Below are positions 49,561 through 63,790 of a DNA stretch of 64,000 nt, in pieces. The translations under genes and the position numbers were made by a program. Below the pieces are notes generated by a model. The model made no database searches, was not told the origin of the DNA, and saw only the letters and a program-made list of their open reading frames with translations. Source of the DNA: Hydrolagus affinis (Eukaryota). The stretch is from contig JAAILG010000416.1 in assembly GCA_012026655.1 (NCBI GenBank), positions 1 to 64,000 on the forward strand, written 5' to 3'. The stretch's first letter is position 1, and each line of letters begins with the position of its first letter.

Positions 49561-51617
49561 CTGCAGATGTAATTAAGTCAGGATAAAAACAGTCAGTAAA
49601 GAACGGCATCAATCTTATTCATCAAGCCCCGTTACCCAAAGGCTCAAATAGGTGTGAGCAGCTATCACCCTATCTGCCGATAAACTGATAAAATGCATTT
49701 GCGAAACATTCAATATTTTCCGAGGCCAATGTTGATAAACTATAAATGGTCGCATGGAGCAATACTAGAACGAGCATTTGACAGTTTGCTGAAAATTAAT
49801 CCACATTATTGACGCATCATAATACAAGATCAATGCAAGTCTTTTAGGACATCAATGGTTATTAGCAGACTAATTTTGCAATAAATGAAGTAAGTACAAT
49901 ACAATGGAAATACAGCTCAATTTACATTTATGTCAGGGGGAAATCTTAAACTGCTAGAGGCGAATGCAGGAGGTGGGGTGAGGTGGAACTAGAAGCCAAA
50001 AAGCATGGGGAGGGGAAAGATTATCAAAAGTGCAGTCAAAGAGGTAAGCCTTAAGGCAGGCTCAATATAAAATTATTCTATATAATATAAAATAAATGTA
50101 AGAATAAAATCAGACTAAAATAAAATTGTTCAATGTATTGTTTCTTGTACTGTGTTGGGTTATCGCTTTGTTGCCACACAGAAACTAAAGGCTCATTACT
50201 AACTGTCCCAGGAAAAAGGATTTTTACTATAAAATTAGAGATCAAATAAAATCAATAATAAGCTCCAAACTGAATCTAGCACCAGGGAATCTCATCTCAG
50301 TGGTAGATTTTGCAACAGATCTGGATTTTAGATGCTTGTAGATACCTGTCAATATATATGCTAGCAGCTAGGCTTACAACTTCAAATCATCTCTCTCTCC
50401 ATTACCACCTGCCATTTTATCCTTCTTCCCTGCTGATATAATGCAGAAATCTGTACATGAGCAAATGCATATAAAACACAAGTACAGTATTTGTGAGGTA
50501 GTCTAATGGAATAAACTAAATATCTCCATTAAATTAAATCCTTTGAATAGTAATATTTAATTATAGCACTTAACTCTGGATGAAAAGTCTTGAATTAGCT
50601 AAAACATTTTTTTAAAAACAAAATCTCCCCTTCATTCAATTCCATGGCCATTGGTCTGAATTAATGGCTGAATGAACACAGCAGTGGTATCAAGCTAGCC
50701 TTAATGCTCCCGGTGACCCATTTTACCAGTAACCTTGAATGATCTCTCTATCATAATGTATGTATGTCATGACCTACAGATATGATCTCTCATTCCTTCT
50801 TACATGCATGGTTTCCAGGGCACATAGGTGCAGGTTATAATGTGATTAAGTCAGGTCTGAGCTAATTACAGGAGTCTCTGACCTCAACAAACTAACCAGA
50901 GTTTTCACAGACTGGTGAGTGAAAATTGCAATTTTTTTCCTCTCTCAAACGGATTTGATGTGTTAATCAACGCATTGACTCTGCCAAGAAACATCACAAT
51001 TCCTAGCCCTATAATTACGATGACAACAGCAACTCAAAGCGTTTAAACCACTCCAGTTGCTTTCACTTTAGTCTGACAACGGGCCAAAACTGTGGCGACA
51101 GACATAATGTGACGTTACGAGCAGTGTTTAGAACTCGCTACACATTGTTGTGTGACCAATAGCTCCCTTTGACTGGGTTCGCTTGCTGAGTGATTTCCTG
51201 GAGCGCCTGCCAAACCCCCACTGGCTAATCCCTACATCATTCCTGTCCTGCTCCGATTACCAATCATATAATCCTCTTAAACTAAATAGATTTCTGAATA
51301 ATACCAACAAATACATGGGATTTTATATTCTTAGGATTTGCATTCGTAAGAGAATAGGAGAGCATTTCTCTGGGTTACTTCAAGTTTAGATTGGGACTAG
51401 TCTAAACTGGGTTTTCACACACACACTGAATGTCGTTTATCCTTTTTTCCATGGTGTGCAACGGGTTGTTTCACATGTTATTTTTGGTAATTTAATTTTG
51501 CCTGCCGAAACTATATGCTCTACCCCGAGATATTATCTTCTAACAGAAATGTACCTATTTGGTTCTTCAAACAATTAGGCAACGTCAATAATGATACATT
51601 GCAGTTGCTGTACTCAC

Positions 51618-51787
51618 ATGTGCTGGGAAGCGTTGGGGAACATTTTAGAGTATTGAGGGGCTGAGTCCTCGGGGCCGTGGGGAGCTGCGTGGCTGATGAC
51701 CATCAGAACCGGTCGGTGCGGATAAATCTTCTTGGACAACTTAAAATAATCCATGCTGTCGTTGGTCATCAAATCTGTCAGGTAGTC
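51618..51787 (-). CDS. SULF2: SULF2 exon 5 equivalent (170 nt)
   Basis: cggtag|GAC...CAC AT|gtgagt; [56 protein letters not shown]. Confidence 0.95.
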
Positions 51788-51827
51788 CTACCGAGAAAAT
51801 CATTTATAACAATAAAAAGAACAATAA

Positions 51828-51945
51828 GAATAATAATCCTTGCATATGATGTAGAGACTCAACACATCTTCGAGACGTCTTAAAGCGCTTCACGGGGCAT
51901 ACTGTAAAGTGAATCCTGTCAGTGTATTTTGTGGGCGGAACGGAA
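51828..51945 (-). mobile_element. SINE 3' fragment adjoining the SULF2 exon 5 acceptor region
   Basis: AATAATAATCCTTGCAT...AAGCGCTTCAC...TACTGTAAAGTGAAT on +. Confidence 0.8.
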
Positions 51946-53749
51946 TCATAATTTCAGGAGAACGTTAAGTAACTTTAAGTTAATTGATGGATCCAGTGGT
52001 GGACTTGAGACTGGCTCCCTGGAAGGCCTCGGTGCCAGAGGGGTTGGGCAGTCAAATACGGGTGGTGGGGAGGGGGGGCACTCGAGAAATAATATTGTCC
52101 CAGGGGATCTCGTTTAGTCAGTCTGTCAATGAATTGACCTCTTCCGAGCGTGAGATTGCTACCATTGTGCCATCGGTGACAGTGTTAATCTGCCACTGAT
52201 AAGAGAGGGGAGAATGGGTTTTGAGATTAAAAAAAATTATTATATATTTCCCCCTCCTCCAGGTACTGTACAACGATTTAACATTCCATTAGAAGTAGAA
52301 AATCATGAGAGGGCAGAACCATAATATATTTGACTTCATTTGAATCTCTAAGAATCCCTGCTGTGCAGGAAGTACATGAATCATATTTCAAGAAGCACTC
52401 TGCACAGTTTTGTGTGAGCAAGTATTTGTCACTCTCTTCTAACTTCAATAAAATGACGCAAACCCATAGATAACCTCAAAGGCATGTGCCTGTCCTATTC
52501 ATGTTTTGCCAACAAAATGAACTTAGACAGCAGAGTGTTTCATTGTCTCCTTCAATCGGCTTCAATCGTATCTTAAACTCAGACTACACACATCGTCAAA
52601 AAATTTGGATTAACAGCCTGCTCTGCAGACAATCACAAATCTCAAGAGCATTGCATATTTCTTATAATATAACTCCTTGCCCAACAGTGTATGACACTCA
52701 AGTGATTTAAATAGCAGTTTTCTCAATGACATTTAAGTAGCACAGAACTGTTGTATGTCTTCGCAGTTGGATTAAGCTGGTCAGTTTTGCTATCTTTGCT
52801 TCACTTCCTCAGTCACACATGGGTCGCTGTTCACTTGCAGAGAAAGTCTTGGTGGAACAAGCAACAAGGATACAGTACTTCTTTTGACTTCTGTTCACAC
52901 TTTAAAACATTTCTAGAGAATCAGAGACTCAAGGCGAACACATCACACAAATCTCTCACCATCTACTGCCATAAAGGAAAAATACACACACACACAGCTG
53001 ATATCATCATGTTATCCATGGCACTGTGTGAACTGAACTCCGGCAGAACATTGGATAAACCCTCTTTAATCCAAATAGATTGCTATCTCACATTAGGCAT
53101 TGACATGCCGTCACTATCATGCCATATATTGCAGAAATAAGTGATGGATGGTGAATGAATCGTCCCTAAACCATTTGCCCAACTTCATTAAGGAGAATAC
53201 CGCTGGGGTGAGGGTTGCAAAAATATACTAAATGGCCCGTTGTACTGTAAATATGAAGTGGACCAGCAAATTGACACCCCTTCTCCTCCATATGATATCA
53301 ATATCTAGAGCTGGTAGTGAGGTTATTCGCTGCTTGTACGCTACAAGCTTGTAAGCTTGTAAGATTTATATTACAAGTCTACTGCAGCTCCATTAGCCCA
53401 AACCCTTGGGTCCTGATAACAAATGCATCAACACTGCCCATCGTTATTAGCCAGCAGCTAATCACTGTGTAGTGCAAACATTATTATTATATAAACTGAG
53501 CGCTGGCAGCTGTTACAGTTTGTATAGAGACGGAAACCTTCTTTCGGTGGTTTACAAGATTGGATTAAATTCGCAAGGTTAGCACGCTCCAACCAGGAGT
53601 TGGAAGCCAAATCATTAATTTATTATTGGAGCGCCATAAAATCACAATGTTTTTTTTACTGCAAATGGGCGTTCTATGCAGTGTGTCTGAGGACAACTTG
53701 AGAACTAAACTATTGAGCACTTTGCTTCCTGGTAACTTCACGAAAATCA

Positions 53750-54130
53750 CAGAATATTTACAGCATGGAAAGAGACAATTCAAACCACCAATTGAGTTGC
53801 TGCTGTTAGCACCAGTGGGGCTAACGACTCTAATTGCTTTCCTCCGGCCTTTGCCCATAATTTTTTATCAATGCATTATGTTTTCCTCAAGTATTTATCC
53901 AATTCCCTTTTAAATGCGGTTGAGGACTTAGCATCAGCATCTATTTCTGGCAAAGCAGTTAACATTCTAACAAACCTCTACACTTATAAAAGCTATCTGC
54001 TAGTCTTCTCATTTCATCTGCAGGTGATAAACCTTAATTATTTTCCTCTCATTACTGACATCATTGGAATTAGTGTCCCTATCAAAACTATCCATTATTT
54101 TGCAAAGCTCCATTATATCTCCAAGAATTG
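53750..54130 (-). mobile_element. Diverged CR1 3' fragment
   Basis: TTTATCCAATTCCCTTTTAAATGC on + (minus AFKRELDKY) plus CR1-like tail. Confidence 0.6.
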
Positions 54131-55020
54131 ACACATTACCCATTTCCCTGCTCTGCTTAGGTGACCTAATATGGGCACTGCTTTTGGTGCTGTAACAAAC
54201 TATATGCTTTTGGACTCATTGCTTTGTGAATATATATTCCATTTGAACTTGTTGAACTATGCTAGTTTTGTGTTCTTGTCTGTACAGTACAACTAATATG
54301 CCTACAACGGATGAATCGATATGCTAGAATGATGGGTTACATTACGTAAACAGTCTTAACCCCATCCCCAACTTCTATGGGCCTGGTTTTGTTCACAGAC
54401 ACCCATAAAGAAACCCACAAACGGGGAGTGAATGGAACGGTGTACTTCATTGTGCTAACAGCCCCATTGTTGATGAATTATAATGATCACAGTGTGACCC
54501 GATAATGTTTTGAATAAAGAGATTTGTGTTTTATTATATGCATGTGCGCTAGTTAACATCGATCGCCAGACATAATGAGCCCCAATGTTTTCTGGCGCTG
54601 GCAGTAATCCCAGCTCGTGCTCACGCAAGCTGTAAATTGTGGGTTTAGCGACAGCGCTCCTGAAAACATTTCGCTTGGAACATGGCTCTAGGAATGAACA
54701 CGACGTTGGCAAATAGGACCATGCTGTGCTGTTGGCAAAAATTGTGATAGTGCAACATAAATCACACCCCAGGCTGCTCTTTTTATCTTCATCCTGTCAG
54801 AATCGAATATATTGAAGGCAGGATCATTTAGTCTAGGTTACGAGTCTATCTAAGGTTCCGCACTTCAGGTAGCTTCTGAAATTGGGAGCGAAAACAAAGG
54901 GAGTAGTTTGCACAGCAGCAATGTCTTTGCTTAGCATCGAGTGACACACTGTGCAAGTGAAACTGTAGAATACAAATGTGGAGAACTTCACGAACCAGGA
55001 CTCGGGTTCAACAATGTTCA

Positions 55021-55177
55021 CAACAGCTTGTACTTATATAGCGCCCTCCACGGAGGGTAATAAATAATAATAATTATCCTTGCATTTGATATAACGCATT
55101 TCACATCTTATCGATGTCTCAAAGCGCTTCGCAGAATATACTGTAAAGTGAATTGACTGCATATTTGTGGGTGAAAC
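55021..55177 (-). mobile_element. (TTG)-tailed L2-type end followed by a young SINE 3' half
   Basis: CAACAGCTTGTACTTATATAGCGCCCTCC then AATAATAATTATCCTTGCATTTGATATA...GTGGGTGAAAC. Confidence 0.8.
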
Positions 55178-57379
55178 TGTTTTAAGAGGGCTAAAGGTTT
55201 AGTCTGTTAATTACATTGCAAAACACAAATGCAGTATAACAGAACATTAAAAAAGAGTCATTTTATTTAGTGAAAGAGGCAGTCATTTTGCGCCATCAGT
55301 TTCTTGCCAATATCAACTCCTCAAGGTGATTTTAATCAGACAGTCTCCAGCAATCTTCACCCTGATAATTTCTGCAAAGGGGCAATGTGAAAATAAGCAA
55401 AGCATCCACATCACCTCCTATCCCCCTCAACTGCTCACAAAAGTGTCTGGTTTCATTATTTTCAGATTCTGAAGCAATTCCAAAACAACTCAAATCTGCT
55501 GCTCTAAATCTAAAGCAATGGCCCCGACAAGACACTGAAACATTAATCGTCACTTGGCTTCAGTGCCACATCATGTCACATCTGCTGCTATTTTTGGCAT
55601 TGTGACTTGTGTTTACACTCAGTTTGCCAACGCTGTGAGTTCAAATGTCTGCAGAAAACACATTGCCCAGTAGTGCAATATCTTTCCACTTGTAAAGGTA
55701 TTATGCAATCAAACTCATCTTGTTGATCGACTTGTTGGAATCGTCTTTGGTCTGCATCTGGTTTTCAATCTATGAACATTCAGATCCACAAAGAGCAGAG
55801 CAGCACAATACCATCACCTTCGTATGTGTAAGATTTGAATGTATGTATAAAAGTTGTTGTTTTTTGTACACCCTAACTCTTTAACTAACCTTCTCCTCAA
55901 TATTAAAAGGATTTATTGGATGGGATGCCACACTTGAATTGTACATTGGGAGTTCTGACATGACAACAGGAAAGATGATAGAGGTCAGTGTGCACCAGAC
56001 TTGTTTAAAAAGCAGTTTACTGCAGTGATGAGAAGATAAATAAGGGTGGGTGTTCTGGAGGATGGATGGGCAGAAGAACCTTCTTTATCCAGACCAATCT
56101 TGTGAACACTTTCAGCTCCTGCTCCCGTGACTTCAGTTAAAGGCTCCTGTCTACGAAAACAGCCATTGCCAGCAGAAGCCATAAGAAAAGAGTGATTGGA
56201 GCACAAAAATTGTCGAAAAGCAATTGCAAACGAGTCAGCTGAGTTGGATACAGAGTCCAGCTTCGCTGTTTGTTTTATGAGCTGATGGTGCCAACGAGCA
56301 GATGTGATCATATTATTGTGGAAAGTGTTTAAGGAAAACGAGACAACGGTGTGAAAATGCAACTGAACATGGGGCGAGCACGTTGATTTTTGTCGGCAAT
56401 GTCAAGTTCTGATAGTTTCTGTAAGAATGGAGGCAATCCTGAGTAGAAAGAAACGCTGAACAAAATGACAGCAAGCAAAGATGAGACGTGCGACAATGAT
56501 AAAAGCTTTGCACTGCTCGCAGTGAGGAGGTGGGGAGACGGGATTGAATAGATAGAAGCGAAGAGCTTCATTTTAAGCCACAAAATAAATCCTGATGATG
56601 AGACACTGACAGCGGGAGATGATTGGTTACATCGCTTTAAAAACAGACGTTGGGATCAGGCAATTAAAATAGGCGGGCAGGGGAGAGAGTGGGGAGGGAA
56701 AAATCAACTTAGGCACTTTGACTATAAATCCTTATCATGGAGAAAAAGTGACTAAATCCCAGAAAGAGGATCTTTCTTGACAGATAATGTGCAAAGACAA
56801 TGAGAACAGCCCTCGAGCACAAGTGCTTAGCTGATAAATCAATTGCTGGTTATTGTGGATGAGGAGTGTTAAGTTTAAACCAATACAGACACATTTAAAG
56901 AAGGAGAGACTTTGCAAATGGATCTGCTGAGCAGGAACTTTGCTTACACCGGATATACCAAACTGTAAATCTCCTCATTAATATTCTTTGAGCATGAGAA
57001 ATTGGGAACTTGTGGCACCACAGAAAGATGCCCGGTAAATGTAAAAAATTACATTTTTCCACTGAATTGACCAATAAGGAATTTGTCTCTCAACTTACAA
57101 CTTCAAATTTAAAATAGACACATCAGTCCACACCAATTATCCAAATAGAATCCAAGTCTGCTGACAAATATCAGTCTACTGATATTTTTACTCTTAGGAA
57201 GACAGCGGGCCCATTCTGTTATTACTTTGTGGCCTTGAGTACAGAAACAAATACACTTTAAATCAAGAGGGAAAGCAAGGAACAAATAATAAGATCCACA
57301 TTCAAGGGGAATCACAACTTTGATTTCGTTCAACCACTTATGTAATAAAGTCAAGATGTGTAATGGATCCTAACATTAA

Positions 57380-57587
57380 CACCTAATCATAATCTCTCAA
57401 AAAAATAATAAAATTGATCATTTCAATCCACAACTGTTTGTGGGACACTGCTGTGCACAATTGGTAGCTGCGTTTCACCCACAAGTATACAGTCAATTCA
57501 TTTTAAAGTATATTCTGTGAAGCGCTTTGACACATCTAGAAGACGTGAAAAGCACTATACCAAATGCAAGGATTATGATTATTATTA
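57380..57587 (+). mobile_element. Young SINE lacking the tRNA head
   Basis: CCTAATCATAATC...CATTTCAATCCACAACTGTTTGTGGGACAC...GGATTATGATTATTATT. Confidence 0.88.
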
Positions 57588-58223
57588 ATTCTGTTTCTGC
57601 ATTATCTTCTATGCCAGAACTTTAACATTCTAATGAACAAAAGGACCATGAAATTTCTGCACAGCTACTGTACAACCTGCAAGTTATAATGTGATTGCGT
57701 TTTGACCGCAAGTACAATGAAAGAGATATATAGACACATGGTAGATTTTCAATTTGGAAACTTTCTCCTAGATTTCTTCTTATCCTAAAAAATAATACTG
57801 TAGATAATGGAGAGTTAAAGTTTCCTCTCAACTAATTGTAGGCAATTACAATTGATATGGATCTTGACTTCTCCCTCTGTATTTTAATGGCTATGATTCC
57901 CTTCCACAATGTCCTTGATGACAATTCAGGTCACTTTCATAACTTGACCAGTGATCCTTACATAAAACTGTCTCATTGAGCAGAGTTAGCGGGAGATAAA
58001 TTACTACAAGTGTTACAAAAGTTCAACGAAAAAAAAATCGCTAAATTATATCACTGCAGAAACTCAATCTTTCTACACTTTTCTTAAGGACCCAGGAAAC
58101 AGGAACAGCATTGAAGAAAGGAAGCTAAAATTTTCTAATGGAAGTACAATTTGATGGATCATTGCCCATATTCATCAGTTGAACACTGTAGAGAGCTGAA
58201 ATGGACCAGTTATAGCCAAGTAC

Positions 58224-58375
58224 CTTTGAGTAGTCAAATCCATGCTTCTCCTTTACGCCATTTCTGTTAAGTGTGTAATTGTAAAAGCGTGAATTCTTCA
58301 CTAATCCAACCCACTCTCGCCAGCCGGGTGGAATGTAACTGCCATTATACTCATTGAGATACTTTCCAAAGAAAG
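58224..58375 (-). CDS. SULF2: SULF2 exon 4 equivalent (152 nt)
   Basis: tgcag|...AAG|gtact; [51 protein letters not shown]. Confidence 0.95.
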
Positions 58376-58989
58376 CTGCAACAGAAAAAAGAAAAAATTA
58401 AACCACTTTAACAGAAGGACTCTTGTATTTCATCTGCAGTTTCCCAAACCTTCCACAAACAGATCAGCGGGCTGCAGCTTTCTAATCAGTCAGTTTTCAG
58501 AGAATTGCATTTATAATTTATGTCCGGAGCAGAATCTGTGTAACAGTGTTTTGCAACTTACCAAATCTCCTAAATATACCCTTTGCTTCTTGTGGCTTGG
58601 GACAGTTTGAGTAAATGATGGGCCGAGGTGGTGGGGTAGGCCACATTCATCTGTTTGTGAAAATCCTGGAACCTTTACTTCTAAATTAAATTTAGTATTT
58701 TTGGATTCAAGCCAAAAATCTCCTGTACGTGTTGTGAACATGTTAGATTGTGACAATAGTCTTAAGAGATCGGGAGTCATTTGTACAGTAAAACAGTAAA
58801 AAACAACTGGTAAATGAGTGAACCTAGCCTGCATATTGGCTATAGGTGTAAGAGTTACAATAATTTTTTTTTTAAACTACAGATGGGAGTTTGATCTTAA
58901 CTTTTTTTTAAAAAAAGCAAGGAAGCAAACATCTTCTGGATGAGCGGGCAATCGATATCTGGGGCAGGTTTGCAAAAGCCTGCGAAATA

Positions 58990-59240
58990 GGAATTTGAAA
59001 TCATTTAGTGAGTCTTGACAAGCAGTATAGTACTGCAATGCACAGTGACAGTTTTCTGTAGGTGAACACATCAGTCAATTTCTGTAAAGCAATGTCCTAC
59101 AAACAGCCATGAAGTGAGCAAACAATTTTTCTGGGGTAGAGGGGAAGGTGGGGGGGGTTGTGGCCAGGGCATGAGGGGGGAAATTTTTTAAACATTGCCA
59201 CGGAATCTTGAATATCTACCCGAACAGACAGTCAAGATTT
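58990..59240 (-). mobile_element. Diverged DeuSINE-type remnant
   Basis: CAATGTCCTACAAACAGCCATGAAGTGAG...TGGCCAGGGCA...TGCCACGGAATCTT resembles the old family. Confidence 0.45.
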
Positions 59241-60964
59241 ATCATTTTAATTCAGAGCTGTATGTTTCTCAACAGGGAGGGAGGGTATTCTTCTAAAATT
59301 GTATAATAACGTTTTACATAAAGAAAAAAAAATCCAATCCCAAGATGCCATTGTATCAATGAGGACTAAGGTTCAAATTTGGAGACATAAAATGTAATGG
59401 CCTACTTATTGATGAAGGTAACGCAATCCACAAACTGCTTCAGTAACTGGAGGAACAAGCTGATGGTACATCTTTTGAGCACAGTGTACAATTGATAGCG
59501 TATGTAGGAATGCAAAAATATATAGAGGGGGGTCAGAGATTAAGCAGGAAACTAGGCAAAATAGCCTCAAACCTCAGAAATGCTTATGAAACAATTCAAT
59601 CCGTTTTCTTCTGCGAAACACACACGGTTCAAACTTGTGCAATATTTTCTCTTTCTTTGTATCCAATGAGATTTTTTTTTCACTTGACATGACAAGCAGC
59701 AATGGGAAACAGGCCACAGTGATTGAATCACGGCTTGAAATGAAAATAAATTGCACCTCGCAATTGGCACTGAGGATTGCATTATATGATTCGAACATCA
59801 TTTCTATCGAGTTTTCTTTAACTCAAGCCATACAACGCAAAGCAATAACACGATTAAAACTCTGCGCCAAGGCATCCTATCAGACCCACTAATACGGGTG
59901 TCCACCGCCGGAAGACAATGTACAGCAAATAATAATGCTTGTGTTTGCTGGGTAATCTGCAATGGAAATACGCAATAGTTGGAAGAAATCCTCGGCAGAG
60001 GTGGTTTTTATTTCTTCCCTGATTTGGTTGAAATACAGTTTATTCAGGCCACTCATCGATGATATACTTTTGAACAGTTTTTGTGAGTGCTTTTTATCCA
60101 ATGGGAAATATGGTTTCACAGACTGGAATGGGTGGAAAGCAAGCAGCTACACAAGCTTCAAACTCTCACGCCTGATCTCTATTCTACAGGGGGACTATAA
60201 AGAAATGCTAAGAGTTAATACGGTCAGTAAAATGTAACCAGTGCTAGTGGTCAGTTTATAGTCAGTTTACCAAGCTGTCTTCTTATCAGACTGATGCAGA
60301 AAATTGCTGTGTTCTATAAAGAAAATTATTATCAATTACTTTACCCCAGGAACTGTTAAAAGCTTTCTGAATGTCAGGTGCGCAAGAGACAGAATAAAGC
60401 TGAGCTAAAGCAATCTTATGGGTCTCTGATAGATGGTATGAAAAAATGCATTTTGCACACCTCAACACACACTCTGAGAACAAATTATTTCATAGTAATT
60501 TTCTCAGCCTGGCCACAGATACACCCCAGTGCTTGCAAATGTACATTGTGGATGAAGGGTGAAATTCAATCCCAGTTTCACATTCTCTAGATCAGGCTCT
60601 TCTCTAAGCCACCAAAGCTCGGGGAACTGATTCAAACTGTAAATAGTATTAGCAGTGCTGCATGGAGACAGAAAACCCATTAGTGGTTTCAGCGAAGATA
60701 TTTTTTTTCTGCTTTCTCTTCACTGCATATTAATAGCTTTGAGGTTATGTTTTATTATGAAACCCAAAACTTTTGTAATATAGCAGTAAGCTGTTCCAAA
60801 TTGGGCTTTCTAAATGGCAAGACCAAACAATGTAGCCGCAAAGTATTTAAGTAGGGAATGTTCCAATGGCTCCTAGACCAAATCACTTATTATTCTGAGC
60901 AAATGTAAGGACTGAGTAAAACTTTTAGCTATCTTAGTATTGGTGCCTGACATTTGCAGTGACA

Positions 60965-60991
60965 TTTTTTTTTTTTTTTTATTTTTTTTTT
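60965..60991. repeat. Poly-T tract
   Basis: Read directly. Confidence 0.9.
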
Positions 60992-63206
60992 AATGGATAT
61001 ACCCTATCCCATGCCTCTTTCTAATTTTAAAAACAGATCTCAAAGTTCAGATGGATAGGCTGAGGTCAAGTCCAGCTCACACTTTTGCAACTTAAAAGAG
61101 ATGGAGGTGAGTGCTGCAAAAATGAGTTCTCTCAGTCCTCAGCACAGCCAGCTGATTTTGCCTGAGCAGGTCCTGTCAAGGTCAAAGTAATTTGTTCAAG
61201 AATAGATATCACACATTATATTTTAAACCCACAGGCAGTTATCAGACATAGCACAGTCAATCGCTGAACAACAGAAAGCAGCGTGGTGCAGTCTTTGACA
61301 TTTCGTAGTCCAATGCCGTCATTTGGTAATGTTGTGTAATCTGTAAACTGGGATTTGCAAAACTGTGTTCCCAGTGCAAATCAACAGGGAGAAAATGGTA
61401 CCATAATTTCTGCCTCGACATGAAAGTTCTGCGAGAATTTATTTTTGTTTTAGGAACAAGGAGATTAGTTTTGGTGCGGTGCTCATTTTCCAATCTCAGT
61501 AACTGCAATTTTTCTGACCTACAGTGCAGGAGATTACATGCAGAAATTGAATGTAGCTTGCATTAATTCTCTGAAGGACAATGTAGACACCATGATTTTG
61601 ACATTTTTAGGTTCTCTGAGTCCAGTTTCCATAGATTTACTTTGTTTGGTATCACGTGTAATCTTTACACAAGATAGAGCTTGATATATGAACTAACAAT
61701 AAGGCACAAGAAGCCAAACGTATACCATACTGGGATTTTTTTTTAAAGAAAAAAAGCCTTGTCAATTTCTTTTTACAAAATGTTATGAGCACACCTTCGA
61801 AAATGGTGATGACGAAACAGAGAGTTTGGATTTTAGGAGAAACTAACTTTGTGTGGGTTCTAATTGAGCTAGCTCTTAATTCTGACAAAGGATTATCATA
61901 TTACCCAACTGGGGTGTTTGCCTAGCTGGATTGTTAGTCTGTCTGAAAACTGGTCTGGCTAGACAAAGCCCTTTAAAATGTACATATTTGTAGATGACCT
62001 TTTGCATGCCTTGTATTTTGCTCCCTTCTCTCTCTTATCAAAGGACAAGGAACCCATAAGGAAGCATAAAGTCTATATACTTGCTTAATAAAATGGCAAT
62101 TTTTAAAACTTTTTATCATTTCTGAGTTTGTTGCTGTCTGTTTTTTCTTAGCACAGCCAGAAATGTGTCAAAATTCTACTATAAAGTCATTCACTGCGGG
62201 GTGACACAGGTAAGGTTTCAATACTGCTGTGTAGCCATAATGTAGGATACACTTTTGTATTCAATTGTAGGAATGGTGAACTTCAAAAATCTCTAATACA
62301 TGATTCTACAATTGATATTCACTAATTTTGTTTATGTAAAGAGGTTCTGAGAGGGGTGGGGGTGTGGTGGGGGGGAAACGCCATGGTTGTCTGACTAAAA
62401 ATAACATTTGAAAAGTATCTCAATACACTGAATAATAAAGGTTCCAGGAAAACGTATCAAGCCATCACAGCCTGACATAGTGTCGTGAATTATTCTATTT
62501 ATGCTAATCGGGATCCGTTCTGTAACGGAAAGAAGTTCCCTTCTTTCATTCGATTAACAATTAGAGAGGACAACATGTGTGTTTTCTAACATTAATATGC
62601 TATGTTGTTATTGGCAAGCAAGCAAGCAAGGCAATGATATATTTCCGGCAATACCTTCAGGGACCTTTTGGTTTCATTTGATTTCCTCCTGATACTATTG
62701 AGAAATAACTTCAAGTGGGTCATTAGAGTAAACTAAAGCATACATGCTTTGTTCTACCAGCATGATGATGGAGCCACTTGGGGAAGGCATGTGACAGCAT
62801 TCAATTTACTGATGCCACTAATCCAGTTAAAGCTAGAGTCAGTGAATATTGCGTACCTTCAAAACGCACTTGAGTAAGTATCTGCTTGCGAACGGATTTG
62901 GAAGATATAAGAAAAGGTGAAAACTGAGATGAACAAAAAGAAACAAAAAAGGAAGAACTTACATTTTGAGGACCCCAAAATGTCTCAAAGAAATTTCCAC
63001 CTAATTTTGTTGATGTTAGCCTACAAATTCAGTCATTCCACTTCAAATACACTTCAATTAGTCATTATTATCACCTCCAAGTCAATAGTCAAACGTTTAT
63101 GGGACTTTGTTGACAGCAAACAACAACAATAATCCCCGCATTTGATTTAGTGCCCCTCATATCAGGAGGACATCTCAAGGAGCTTCACAGCTGAGAAACA
63201 ACATAC

Positions 63207-63446
63207 CTGTCCTGTATCCAGTGTTGTTCAGATACACAGCAAACGTGTGAGCCTCATGTGTGGTCTGCCAGGAAGCGGACGAGCAGTTCTCGTTGTTTGT
63301 GTAGGTGTTGTGATTGTGGACATATTTCCCCGTGAGCATAGAGGACCTCGAAGGACAGCACATGGGTGTTGTCACAAAAGCGTTGGTGAAATGGGCTCCT
63401 CCTTGCTCCATGATCTTTTTGGTCTTATTCATCACTTGCACGGAAC
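63207..63446 (-). CDS. SULF2: SULF2 exon (human exon 3 equivalent, 240 nt) containing the catalytic formylglycine motif
   Basis: tttag|GT TCC...ACA G|gtatgt. [57 protein letters not shown]...GYRT. Contains the CxPxR sulfatase motif; EQGGAHF and HNHNTYT resemble SULF2 rather than SULF1. Confidence 0.95.
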
Positions 63447-63589
63447 CTAAAAGACATTCACATCAGATTTTTGAAAATCATTGCGCGTTGTGAGGCTTCT
63501 CTGTCGAACGCATCACACAACAACATCTCCGCGAACCAATCTTCACAGTAATGAGTGGCCACGAGTTGGTTATTTTAACTGTGTGAAAT

Positions 63590-63790
63590 GAATCCTTCCC
63601 GCTCAACCCTTTCGATAGTGAGAAGGTACACCGAGTACAAAGAATATACGCGTCCGGAAACCTTGTTTGAAGCAAAGAGCATCAACAAATTTAAGAGACA
63701 ACTTGATGCACACACGAAGAAGAAGAAGAAGAGTGTAGAGTGGTGTAGCGGAGGTAAACAAGAGGGGTCCTGCTTAACTCTGAACTTGAG
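63590..63790 (+). mobile_element. Diverged CR1 3' fragment
   Basis: ORF text PETLFEAKSINKFKRQLDAH matches the CR1 ORF2 end (P..VVEA.S...FK..LD). Confidence 0.6.

Noticed and set aside
31721-63446. SULF1 as the identity of the sulfatase
   Set aside because: EQGGAHF, HNHNTYT, the QRRKWP exon and the WEGWEG terminus are SULF2-specific.
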